Positions 12,126 through 24,000 of a stretch of 64,000 bases of DNA are shown piece after piece. The notes below the pieces were generated by a model. The model saw only the letters and a program-made list of their open reading frames with translations. It made no database searches and was not told where the DNA came from. The position numbers were made by a program, and so were the translations under genes. Source of the DNA: Phoronis australis (taxonomy: Eukaryota > Animalia > Phoronida); NCBI GenBank assembly GCA_002633005.1, contig NMRA01000731.1, positions 54,996-118,995 on the forward strand, in the 5' to 3' direction. Numbering within the stretch: position 1 is the first letter of the stretch; each line of letters starts with the position of its first letter.

Positions 12126-14893
12126 TAGATATCAGATGATAGTTGGGTGCCGACAAGATATGATTTTACAAAATACAAAGGTATGAAGGGTATCTGAATT
12201 TCCAGATAAATTTCAATTTCCCTTTGCTAATAGCAATGTTTTAAAAAAGTCACGACTGAAAAATGGGCCAAGGGGTCAACAACTAGCATTCTTTCAATCA
12301 AAACCGACTAAGGTCAAGCAAATGTCATTCGTTGCCTTCACACGATGTACAAAACTCAATATACCCAATAAATCAAGCGGGTGACAATTTCATTAGAAAT
12401 TGGGGGGAGTGAATTCGACCGTGACTAAAAAAAATATTGAGTACCACCTTACACTTTCGTTCACATACAACGCTTGTGGGATAAATATGGTGTACTATCG
12501 TTGTGTTACATCTACCCGCGTCCTGATTGGCTGTAAACATTAGCTTGATAGACAAGTCGGAACTATTCATTCTCCACTGTGGTTAAAAATTCGCCAGACC
12601 TCCTCATCGTAAAATAATGCGGGTGCTTGCCGTTTTAGTTTGATAATTGCACACATAGTTCTTGCCGATTCTCTAATTCCTCGTCATTTTCCTCTTTTCT
12701 CTCATGTTTTAATCGTACCATTGCAAAGCTCTGTAGGCACCTGCGAACAGCATACAATTACGAGCTGGTAGTGGAAAATAAACGCATAAAAATAAATAAA
12801 TAAATATGTAAATAAAATGTGGTTAATCATGAAAATTTTTTAAAAATTGCCATCTATGTTTTCACTTTCAAATTCGTATTTTGAACAATAATTACTTTTA
12901 GTTCATGTGCGCATGGACGTATGAAACAAGACTGACCTCATATGTTAGGTTTTCCTTTTTAATGTCTGTTTTATCCAACTGTCCCAATGACCCCCCCCCC
13001 CCCTCGTCAGCTTCCTTTGTTTAATACTTATGGATAATTAAGTACCATTCTAATCAATGGATTATTAAATTGTAACATCCTCGCATAAATTGATGGGTTT
13101 AGGATCGACTGTTCATGCATTAGTCATTTTGATTTTAGTTAAAAATTATTGTCTATGCACGAAAAACTATTCACGCATTCAATGTTAGCCTTTTGTTTTA
13201 GAATAGAGACATAAAATAATGATAAAACAGAAACTCGTGAGCAGAATCGGTAATTAGCTCATAAGTTGAAGGTCAGCTTACTGAATCTACTTCATAAAAA
13301 ACGTATTATGTTCTCGCTATGTACAGATTGATTTTAAAATATGAAAAAAATAACCTGTTGTCTCGATAAATCTATGCAGTTAAATTATTTTGTCCACTTT
13401 TTCTCGAATATCTTTTCGAATTGAATATGTTCACGAGCGCGTAACTAGGACAAGGCGTGGAAAGAATTCCATAACCACGCCTCGTAATTCTGACTACGAT
13501 CTCTTAAACTTCAATTCCGGACCAGCAACCNTAGATATCAGATGAAAGTTGGGTGCCGACAAGATATGATTTTACAAAATACAAAGGTATGAAGGGTATC
13601 TGAATTTCCAGATAAATTTCAATTTCCCTTTGCTAATAGCAATGGTTTAAAAAAGTCACGACTGAAAAAAATGGGCCAAGGGGTCAACAACTAGCACTCT
13701 TTCAATCAAAACCGACTAAGGTCAAGCAAATGTCATTCGTTGCCTTCACACGATGTACAAAACTCAATATACCCAATAAATCAAGCGGGTGGCAATTTCA
13801 TTAGAAATTGGGGGGAGTGAATTCGACCGTGACTAATAAAAAAAATATTGAGTACCACCTTACACTTTCGTTCACATACAACGTTTGTGGGATAAATATG
13901 GTGTACTATCATTGTGTTACATCTACCCGCGTCCTGATTGGCTGTAAATATTAGCTTGATAGACAAGTCGGAACTATTCATTCTCCACTGTGGTTAAAAA
14001 TTCACCAGACCTCCTTATCGTAAAATAATGCAGGTGCTTGCCGTTTTAGTTTGATAATTGCACACATAGTTCTTGCCGATTCTCTAATTCCTCGTCATTT
14101 TCCTCTTTTCTCTCATGTTTTAATCGTATCATTGCAAAGCTATGTAGGCACCTGCGAACAATATACAATTACGAGATGGTAGTGGAAAATAAACGTATAA
14201 AAATAAATAAATAAATAAATATGTAAATAAAATGTGGTTAATCATGAAATTTTTTTAAAAATTGCCATCTATGTTTTCACTTTCAAATTCGTATTTTGAC
14301 CTCATATGTTAGGTTTTCCTTTTAAATGTCTGTTTTATCCAACTGTCCCAATGACCCCTCCCCCCCTCGTCAGCTTCCTTTGTTTAATACTTATGGATAA
14401 TTAAGTACCATTCTAATCAATGGATTATTAAATTGTAACATCCTCGCATAAATTGATGGGTTTAGGATCGACTGTTCATGCATTAGTCATTTTGATTTTA
14501 GTTAAAAATTATTGTCTATGCACGAAAAACTATTCACGCATTCAATGTTAGCCTTTTGTTTTAGAATAGAGACATAAAATAATGATAAAACAGAAACTCG
14601 TGAGCAGAATCGGTAATTAGCTCATAAGTTGAAGGTCAGCTTACTGAATCTACTTCATAAAAAACGTATTATGTTCTCGCTATGTACAGATTGATTTTAA
14701 AATATGAAAAAAATAACCTGTTGTCTCGATAAATCTATGCAGTTAAATTATTTTGTCCACTTTTTCTCGAATATCTTTTCGAATTGAATATGTTCACGAG
14801 CGCGTAACTAGGACAAGGCGTGGAAAGAATTCCATAACCACGCCTCGTAATTCTGACTACGATCTCTTAAACTTCAATTCCGGACCAGCAACC
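12126..14893. repeat. ~1.4 kb direct duplication split by a single N (12126-13530 and 13532-14893); probable uncollapsed haplotypes
   Basis: Copies are near-identical apart from scattered SNPs, homopolymer/aaat slippage and a 51-bp indel; copy 1 ends and copy 2 begins exactly at the N at 13531. Confidence 0.92.
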
Positions 14894-15738
14894 GCGGTAC
14901 AAAACCCAAACCAGCACCCTTAAACTCCACAAACGTGTCAAAATGCTCCATATCTGGTGACCAACTTCCACTCCCGTGAACCAGGGGATGTTTCTCTGTC
15001 TTGAGACTTCAGGCTAAAATCAGTCTACAGATGCTTCACGAAGGGTAAAAGTTTGAAAATCTGTCTACAACTGGAAGCCAAAAACAAAAGGGAGCAGATA
15101 AAAAGTTAAAACCAAAAGACAAAATCCAACTTTCTGCTATAGGCTTTTCGAGTCCTCAAATTCCATAGGCACGTCTTTAAATTCCACCCATTCTCAAGAA
15201 GCATTGGTATGACTTTAAACGACCGGCAAACAAGTCTTTCATCTGGTTTGAAACATGGAGTAATAACGAGTACAATGACAACACGGTGTGGTGTAGTACA
15301 ATAGGTAAAAAAAATAAGCTTGGTTGTCACGGTAACTAGTCAAGTGCTAGTTGTTAAGATAAAATGTCTATCTTTAATCACTTGTTGACATTCACCGTGT
15401 AAACGCCAGGATACGCCGATCAAAAATGACTACCCATCAAAATGCGTAATGACGGAATTCCTCCAAAACAGTTCGTGTGAACATGTACCACATGATAATA
15501 TTTTGCCATTAACAATTGGATATTTTGAGTATTTAGTAGCCCCAAAATTTGCTAACAATGATTGATTCGAACGAAAAAGTTATACAGGTCTGAAAAAGTC
15601 AGAATTCACTGATCTGAGTTCTCAATCACTTTCAGCAAATTACTTTTTCTAGAAATTGACCTTTGGTGTTCTTTTCGAAGGACGGTGATCCAAGACAACT
15701 TAATTCCTTTCTTATTCGAAACTCAAAACAAATGCGCC

Positions 15739-16088
15739 AAAGCTGTATTTTGCCCCGTTTCTCTGACTAAAAACGAAAATTGAATTAGACCGTTTACTCT
15801 AATAAAATCGGTCTCATATTATTTTCTAACCCGCATGATAGAATTTTAATTCCCTTACCAACAAAAAATCGAAACCAAAAGCGACTCATGAAAACGCTTC
15901 GGAGTTTATTGGGGTTGGCCAACCTTAAAATTACGAATTCGAAAGTGACACACGTGCTATTTGAAATGGTAGCGGAAACAGAATCTCATCACGGTAAGGA
16001 CTATTATGAGACCGATTTTATCTGAGAATAAAAGTTCTAATTATGTTTTCGTTTTTTGCCAGCTGAACAGGACAAAATGCAGCATTAA
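15739..16088. mobile_element. Kolobok-like MITE with ~110-bp imperfect TIRs
   Basis: aaagctgtattttg...ataaaatcggtctcata on the left pairs with tatgagaccgattttat...caaaatgcagcattaa on the right; TTAA at right end; related copy at 19733-20173. Confidence 0.75.
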
Positions 16089-16187
16089 GTTAATTTGACA
16101 TGTACTTCATGTACTCAGTTACGTGTACGTTGTTTTTAGAGGGTTTGGGGGCTATCAGTTGAATCCCGTTTGTAACATTTTGAAACG

Positions 16188-16445
16188 CATGCGCGTACCC
16201 AGCCTTCAAAAATGGGGGGTCGAATTTTTGAGAATGTGGATCTTTTACTAAGATTCACCGGGTAGATTCAGAGCTTTGAATTGTGCTTTTAACGACGTTT
16301 GGTAGTTCCTGCTTTTTAGTGGACTTTGTGTCTCGTTCTCTACTTTTTTCGGAGTTTTTGTTTCTCTGAGGCGGTCCTTTTTGCCTACTTCACCAAATAG
16401 GGGGCTCGTTCGAGCACCCCTGAGCCCCCTCTGGGTGCGCGCATG
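16188..16445 (+). mobile_element. 258-bp MITE with CATG termini and 5-bp TSD (hAT5-like)
   Basis: TIR catgcgcgtacccag / ctgggtgcgcgcatg; flanks aaacg / gaacg; second copy inverted at 54032-54291. Confidence 0.85.
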
Positions 16446-17419
16446 GAACGTGGTAAGGTCTCTGCGATGTCGCTCGTCATTAGTACGGTCCTAGACAGTG
16501 AGTGCCTAACAAACATACTAATTACAGTTTCAAGCAGAATAATAAATGCAACACACTACGCTAACTGTTTTATGGCCCTCAACACAAAGGGCAAATTAAA
16601 CACAGTCTGGACTTCAACCCTGATGTTGCGGTGCGGTGGCTGAGCGATAGTGTAGTTTTTACAGCATAGGGGGTGGGCGCCACTTATACATGTAGGCCTA
16701 CATGTGCAAGCCCTTACGCGGTGCTTTTTCCTTCGAAAATTGAGGTCGCCTGACGTATTACGACTCCCTGGATACGCAAATGAGTTAACAGCACGGGGGG
16801 GAGTAACCGCGGTTACAAAAATATACGTTAGCGGTAATTTTATACTGTGAAGAAATTGATTTGTTTTATTTAGGAAATTGAATCATTTTGGCATTCGATT
16901 TCATTCAACAGCTTCTGAGTAAACTGCCTTCTTAAAAATTTCAAGATACAGTTTATGCTGATTATTTGAAGGAAAATCAAATGCGCAGTCTCTATTTCCT
17001 CTAATTTTGCCAAAACACGTAGGTTTACAAATGCCTACATGCAGTCACCCAATGCGCAAATTAGGTGTGAATGCATAAACCCAACAAAACGCTATATCCA
17101 TCACTAATGATAAAATGAAAATGCTCCAAACCCTTATCATATCATTTCAAACTTACTTGAGAATAACGTCATGGGGTTACAGTTCAAATAAATGACCCTT
17201 CGGCCTCTAGGTCTTCAATCTGGGTTAAAATAGCCACTTAAGCGATTCCGCTCCAAAGCACGTCTTTAAACATTAGTATTCACCCGTGTTAAGAAATACA
17301 CTTGTTATTTGCTGCACGAATTCACTGCTTTCGATTCATTTACCAAATTGACAAATTCAGCCTAAAAAACATTTCCTTCGTCCACTGGTCGGCGGTCAGG
17401 TATTAAACAATTTCCCGTC

Positions 17420-17510
17420 ATGCTTTGTATTTATAGCCGCCATGTTCTGTTGATGTTGTTCTTTGTCCAGTGAGGCAATCCAAAAAAATTTCAATGAAAC
17501 CACTGCCAAC
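17420..17510 (+). promoter_or_regulatory. Core promoter / 5' UTR of the MSRRKQ zinc-finger gene
   Basis: TATTTATA at ~17428-17435, YY1-type gccgccatgtt at ~17436-17446, strong Kozak gccaacATG at 17505-17513; CpG content rises locally; second YY1-like aatggcgg at ~17677. TSS position is not determined. Confidence 0.5.
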
Positions 17511-17562
17511 ATGTCACGGAGAAAACAGGAAAAACCCCAGCATAGAAAGACCATAGACTCAG
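17511..17562 (+). CDS. First coding exon of a C2H2 zinc-finger repressor with NuRD-interaction motif (BCL11/SALL-like)
   Basis: ATG in gccaacATG context; MSRRKQEKPQHRKTIDS + 1 nt, then consensus donor AG|GTAAGT at 17563. MSRRKQxKPQH is the N-terminus of BCL11A (MSRRKQGKPQH) and SALL proteins (MSRRKQAKPQH), encoded there by a short phase-1 first exon. Confidence 0.92.
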
Positions 17563-19100
17563 GTAAGTGATCCCACCGTTTGTCTCAACTGTCGTTCTGC
17601 TACGGCCAAGATCTCACTACATGTTTTCAATGTGGCCTGATCGGAACACGTACTGTCCAGGGCAAAGACCTCGACTAATGGCGGACAGGCATTTTGTATA
17701 AAAAACGCGACTGACCCAGTGACGTAAGCTTGTGCTTTATCTCAATAACAGCCTTACGTGGTCACAGTTACCACTTTTCATTGACAACAGGACAGTGGTC
17801 AGTGGCCTTAAATGACCCAGACAGACTGATTATGTACGTTTATGTAATAAGGCGTAATCAACTGAGCGATTAGCCGTGGCCAGACAGACAAGCAAACCAC
17901 GCGAACAAACAGTCACCAGGTCACGTTGTTGACCACGGCTTACCGTCTAGACTGGCAGTCTATTCAAATTTGATAAAAAGGGTGCCTAGGCTATAGAATA
18001 CCTGTTTATTTTTCCATTGTATCTATGACCTGTCAGAAGGTTAGTTTCTGATACAGGTGAATAAGTTGATATGAAAAAGAATTCTAGAGAAACCAGCTTA
18101 ATATGGGAGGGAAAAGATTAATTTTGTTGGGTCCTAGTTGTGGTGTTCAGACCAGGACATTCCTTCAACCTGTAGATTTTGGTGGTCGGCTAATGGTATG
18201 ACCCGTTTTACTGGGAACTCATTCTAAAGTACCAGAGATGCAATATTAGGCAGAAACATCCCTAGTTGTATAACAACAAATCCAGTACATGTCCAACTTT
18301 CACATATCTCAAAAGTTTTCATACTTTCATCACTGCTATTAAAAAGTTCATAATCTTTAAGAGTTCTTCAATCTTTGCACAGTCTATTTAATTTTTAGGC
18401 GTACTGTTTTATTTAAATTTGTTGAGCAGAGGAAGTTCCCCTGAATGAATGTGCCCCCAAATTTTGTGATGATTATTGCACTTCCAATTTTGTGAAATTG
18501 AGGATTACAAAAAACTTCTAGTTTTAGACCAGGAAGTGTAATAAAAAATAATAATTGTTTAATCAGAGGCCGGGAATATTTGGTATATTACAGTAATTCC
18601 ATTTCAAGACATAAAATACGTGCTTGTCTCTAATTAAATAAATTGCTATTGTTCTTGATTTGTTATTTTTTTATCAGTAAACAGCAGTTAAAAAACTATA
18701 TTGTGTTCTATATATTAGGGGGTCATTTTTTGTATTTTTTGACACTTTCAGCGTGCTGAATTTAGTGATCTGAAGTCTTGATGTTAAGTATTTTAATTAC
18801 ATAATATTTCAATGCCACAGATTTTTTTCATTTTATATTATCAAATTAACTGTTATGTATTTATGAAGTCTAACTTTTAATTACAATTTGCTATGATGTG
18901 TAAAAAAATTGACAAACTTTGTTGTGAAATATTGGTGCGATTGTGACACAATATTTATTTATTTAATTTGTGAGGCCAAAGAAAATTGCAATGTTGGTTG
19001 TGGTCTGTGTTTTTTATAAACTTATGTGGGTGATGCTCTATTTTAGTTGTTTACAAATTTCCAGTGAAAAGTGACCTGGTGCCAGTTAAAATGAGTGTAA

Positions 19101-19205
19101 ATCCTTTTTTTCCCAGCGGCACCTGATGGCAGCTGGAAGAGGTCGATATCCATTTTTTCCCCAGCGTCACCTGATGCCAGCTGACATGGGTCAGCATCCT
19201 ATTTT
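19101..19205. repeat. ~46-bp diverged tandem duplication carrying paired E-boxes
   Basis: atcctttttttcccagcggcacctgatggcagctgg / atccattttttccccagcgtcacctgatgccagctgac; CACCTG and CAGCTG retained in both units. Confidence 0.7.
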
Positions 19206-19732
19206 CTTTAAATACAGTGAGGCGCAGGTTTCGAAATGAGTTTGGCTCAGAGCAGAACCAGTTGTGCTATTTCTGGCCTTATATAAAATAAATTGTGTTT
19301 TCATGAGGTTCAGTTTTTCTTCTTACATAATCTTATTATTTTGCGTAGCCTAGTACAATTTCTCATTTAGTACGTTTAGAATTTTTGTGTCATTGTCAAA
19401 CAAAATAAAACATCAAATGATTTGAATAAAAATTGTATGATTGCCATTTATAAAAAGTATCATGAAATATATTTTGGTGTATACATAATGTTTAAAATTT
19501 TTTTACAAATAATATAGATTAAGTTTTTTTCAAAGTTATTGTGGTTAAGTCTAAAGGTATAACTATTTTGATTTAGTGCCATGTACCTGAGTTGGACTTT
19601 CTCACGAGTGCTAATGTATTTTTGATCAGCATAGCTTTTCAAAATGATGGGCTTGATTCTAATGATAAGTAGAAGTGAGTGTGATGTTGCTGAATTTGAA
19701 AAAATTGGAAAGAAATTAGGCCTATCTCAAGG

Positions 19733-20173
19733 TAAAGCTGCAACACTGTTTATTTTGTATGTGACTTAGAAAATTATTTTAATTGCAGTCTGACAAAAAT
19801 TTATTTTTCATTTAAAACAACATTTTAACCTGTTTAGTTGGCTGAAACACAAATTGGGACTTATATTGTCAAAAAATTGGTCCCATAATCTTCCTTACGG
19901 TTATAAGATTCTATTTGATATGAATCTATTTCCATTATCAATAGAAATATCGAAACCATCAGCAAAAATGCTTGAAAGTTTATGGGGAGTTGGCCAACCC
20001 TAAAATTGGGAATTCAAAAGAATGAGGTGTGTACTCATTGCCTATGGCGTGAGTTGCCATCTTATTCAGCAACAATTCAAGATTAGATGAGTGTGGTTAT
20101 GTTTTTAATCCCCAAAGCAATTTAGTTAAGAATTCAATGTTAACCATTGAATATTTACCAAATGCAGCTTTAA
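19733..20173. mobile_element. Kolobok-like MITE, older copy of the 15739-16088 family
   Basis: Ends taaagctgca ... tgcagctttaa; shares internal agtttat..gg.gttggccaacc.taaaatt..gaattc with the 15.9 kb copy. Confidence 0.65.
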
Positions 20174-20556
20174 ATGAAATATCACTTGCAACAAAACTGA
20201 GTGCTCTTGACCATGAGCTAGACATAAGGAGAAATACCCACACCTCCATGACAAAACGCTCAATTATTTAATGTGTACATCAGCTTGAATATACATCCCA
20301 TAATATACATTATTTTACCTACCTACCGAGTTGGTCTCTAGATGACCGAGATTAGGGTGAAAGAAAAGGAAAATCTTGTAAAGATGGCCTCTGTCAAAGA
20401 TCTATAAATAGTAGGTTGAAATTCCAGAAATATTGCACCCAGTTTCGAAAAAAAATGTTTCCTCGGCACTACATTTGTTCATTAATCAATACGCTGGGAC
20501 TTTCAAGACTGTAGTTGTGTTTAAAGTGGAAATCTTACTTCCATGCATATCTCTCT

Positions 20557-21017
20557 TTCAGTTGACTTATTGTGCCTCTGTTGACATGATTACAGGGTCA
20601 TAGATTTTTTTCTAACTGTGTTTGTTTTCAGTCTAGAATGAGTGAAAAAAGAGTTATATTCTTACTGTTTTTGACAATTCGCTAAACTTGAATTTATTTT
20701 TTCAGATTAAACGGACTTTATCATTTTTATCCAAAAAATACCATTTTTGGAATATTCTTTAGTGGGATAGACAGACTTTGGTCTCTGTCAGTTGACTTAA
20801 CGGGCGTTTGTTGACTTGTTTTCAAATTCACAGAATTGGTTTCAAAATTCTAAATGTGTCTTTGTTTACAGTCTGGGATAAGTGAAAAGACAATTATAGT
20901 CCTAGTTTTTTAACATTTCGCTAAAATTGAAATTTATTTTTTCAGTGCACGGGGACATTATTATTTTTATGGCCGGAAAATGTATATTTGAGATTAGTGT
21001 TAGGTGGGATAGACTTT
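20557..21017. repeat. Diverged ~230-bp tandem dimer
   Basis: Both units run tcagttgactta...gttgac...cagtct...agtgaaaa...tcgctaaa.ttgaa.tttattttttcag...gtgggatagac. Confidence 0.75.
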
Positions 21018-24000
21018 TAGAAATTACTAGCTTTGACCAGAGTTACAAAACAATAAAATCTGAAGTTTTTGTTAATTTATTACAAATTGCCAATTTTTAC
21101 TAGTGTCTGCCAAATATTCACTGAGATCAAGGTTGGTGAGTTGACCAGTTGAGTATGCTTTGAATATTCTGTCATTTATCAAGTGCAATTAGGCTCGTTA
21201 ACAGAGCGTTTGGCTGTGACCACGAAGATTTGAGGTTTGAATCGGTGCTGGGGCTGATTTCAGAAAATCACCTTTCTTGTCAACAATATCACCTTAACAG
21301 TTGTTTAAATTGAATTTATTTAACAATTTGATAGCTTCTTGGATTGAATTTTTTGTTTATGTCAATTAAAGTACCAGTATGTAATTTAAAAATTTAGACT
21401 AAGAAAATAATAGTACTTATAGGAATTATTTTACTTTTGTCTCTTTTCTTGGTTGGTGCTAATTTTCTGCATATTGACATGTCATTTGGATCTCATCAAA
21501 TGGAGTCCCGAAACCAAATCTGTGAAAGTGTACTTAGTCTACAACAAAGATGAATGATAGAGTGTCATTAAATGTATTCCAAGCATTTTGCCAAAGCATG
21601 ATGTTTTTCAGTCATGAGTTGAAGAAAAAAAAATTCACCCAGCCTGATATTACCTGTCTCCTGTTACAAAATGACGTAAATGCCCAGGGCTACTGGCATA
21701 AAAAAGGTCAAAGGTTCCAAGAAAGGTCCGAATGAGCACGAAGTCTTGCATGCTCTGAGATAACCGTTAATGACCTCTTCTTTTTAAAAAATTCAAGCCA
21801 GCCAATCAGAGTGCCCTCTGTTGACAAGGTTAATAATCACATGCTTTTGGTTACGTGTCAGGTTTCAGTTACATTGGAACTGTAGTCAGGGGTCTTTCGT
21901 GGAGCTTGTTTTAGTTTAAACCACCTTTGTTAGGTTAACTGCTTCATTCGTTAAATTCAACTGCTTAAGAGTTTTTAGCTTATTTACATTTTCTTATCTA
22001 AAATCCCTAAAGGAATATCCACAATTCTACTTAGAATAGTGTGAATTATGAAACAATCCATGTGTAATATGCCACGAGGTATTCAGAGGATAAAGTAAAT
22101 AGTTAATATTTATGTTCAAAACCTGAACGTTTCTGGGAAAAGGTGTGCAGTACACCGAGTGATAAGATTTTTGGAAATTTGAGGTGATGTGTTCATTGAA
22201 CAGAACAAGATGAGATATTGTTCAGTCCTCTCTGGTTGTTCTTCACACAATATGGCCGACAAGTGAAATTCTACTATGTAAAATTTCACTACAAATGTTT
22301 AGCTTATTACCAGCGTGGTTTGCAGTGAGCAGATGTCATAAAACAACATTCGGATAGCAAAGTAACCAGCCTTTGAAAAATGTAAAAATAGAAATTTTTG
22401 CGATTAATTTTGTGTGAAAGACGTAGAGAATTACAGTGACTATAATTAATTGTAGCAAATGAACTTTGCTGGAACTGTCTTCCCATTTGTGGCAAAACGA
22501 CACTCCTGCCTTTTGGTTCACTTGGTTGTTAATGAATAAGATTGGACTGATGTGTGAACATTTTTTGTGTAAAATCTTATCAGTTTATTCTGGGAGATAA
22601 ATGAAAATAATTTTCTATTTTTTCTTAAACTCATGTAACTGTTAACTCAGCGGTAACCTTGAAATACTTGGCATAATTTCACTTCTTATTAGAATATTGT
22701 TTTTAATTTAATCTTTAAATAATTTATGATTACGCAATACAGTGATGTAACAATTTTGAAAATACCTGTAGTTGATCTGTCTCACAGGCTAAATCATCAT
22801 CAGACGAGAAAGATGATATATTTTGACATTTTTGAAAACCGATGGAATCATGACCACATTGAAGTGGCATTGTTTTCAAATTACACGTTTAATACATAAT
22901 TATGCAGTCAAGTAAAAAAATTGCCCGTATTCATTCTATGAAAATTAAAATATTCTTGAAACTTTAGTTAATTAAGCATGATGATATTTACAAATGAAGT
23001 AGTGGACAGCCTTTAAGAAAATCTCAACTTGTTTCACAGCCAACCATGAACAGAGAGAAACTAGTGCATGGAAATTAAAACTGTGAGTCGCAGTAGGAGA
23101 CCTGAAAATAGTGGCTTTATGTTATTTACTTGCAGTGTCTAATAAACTATCTGTATCACTTCCAAGACTCGAACATGTCATTTGTAATCTTCAAAAACAT
23201 TTTGCTAACGACGAAATATTTTTGCAACTTCAGTGTTGTTGATATTGTTTGTATAATTTATATATGCATCAAATAAAATATAATTCAGTACCTACCAACC
23301 TACCCTTCTAAACGGAGCAACGACAAGGTGTGTGGTTACAAAAAGGGTAACTTTGCCTTTAGTTTTTTAATGATCGAAAATAAATATTTTTGCAAAAAGC
23401 TGCCCATTTTAACTCTGCATGTTTTGTAACCTATCATTAAATTGTAGTTTTACTCTAAGTACAGTGAAATCTCTCCAAGTTCAGGTAACATGTGATTGCC
23501 AAAGATCTTTTTTCTTTGCCCAAAAGGTTCTAACATTATTGTGAATTCCCAGAATTTCTCAAAACCATTGTCTTGTGGTAGCAATAGTTTGTAGTTTTTA
23601 AAAATGTTATTTCATTTATTTTGATTCTACTTTTATGAAAAATCAAAAAAATAACATTTCACTTGTCGGCCATATTGTATCCTAAATTGGTGACATTTTG
23701 CAGTACTACTAGTTTGGCAGGTACAAAAATAAACATGTTTATTCTCCCCATCTGTGCCAAAAAATGTCCCAGACCGAGTTTTATTTCTTTATTTGAAAAA
23801 AATCTGTTTGCAAATGTCAAGAAAAAGCATTTGCAGAATACCTGTAATGACAGACTTGGTCTTAAGAATCTGTTACTACACTTACAATGACATTGTAAAA
23901 TAAATATAGGAATGCCTTCACACCTATTTCTAGATTTGTACTGAACGTTAAACGTGTTTATTTTTTACCTGGCCTTAAGCTTGATATATCAGCATGCAGA

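Noticed and set aside
12373-13981. Two near-identical 65-66 aa minus-strand ORFs suggesting a duplicated gene
   Set aside because: By-product of the haplotype-like duplication; no domain similarity.
21190-21260. tRNA-like segment (ggctcgttaacagagcg...ggtttgaatc)
   Set aside because: Boxes degenerate and no cloverleaf; at most an old SINE head.
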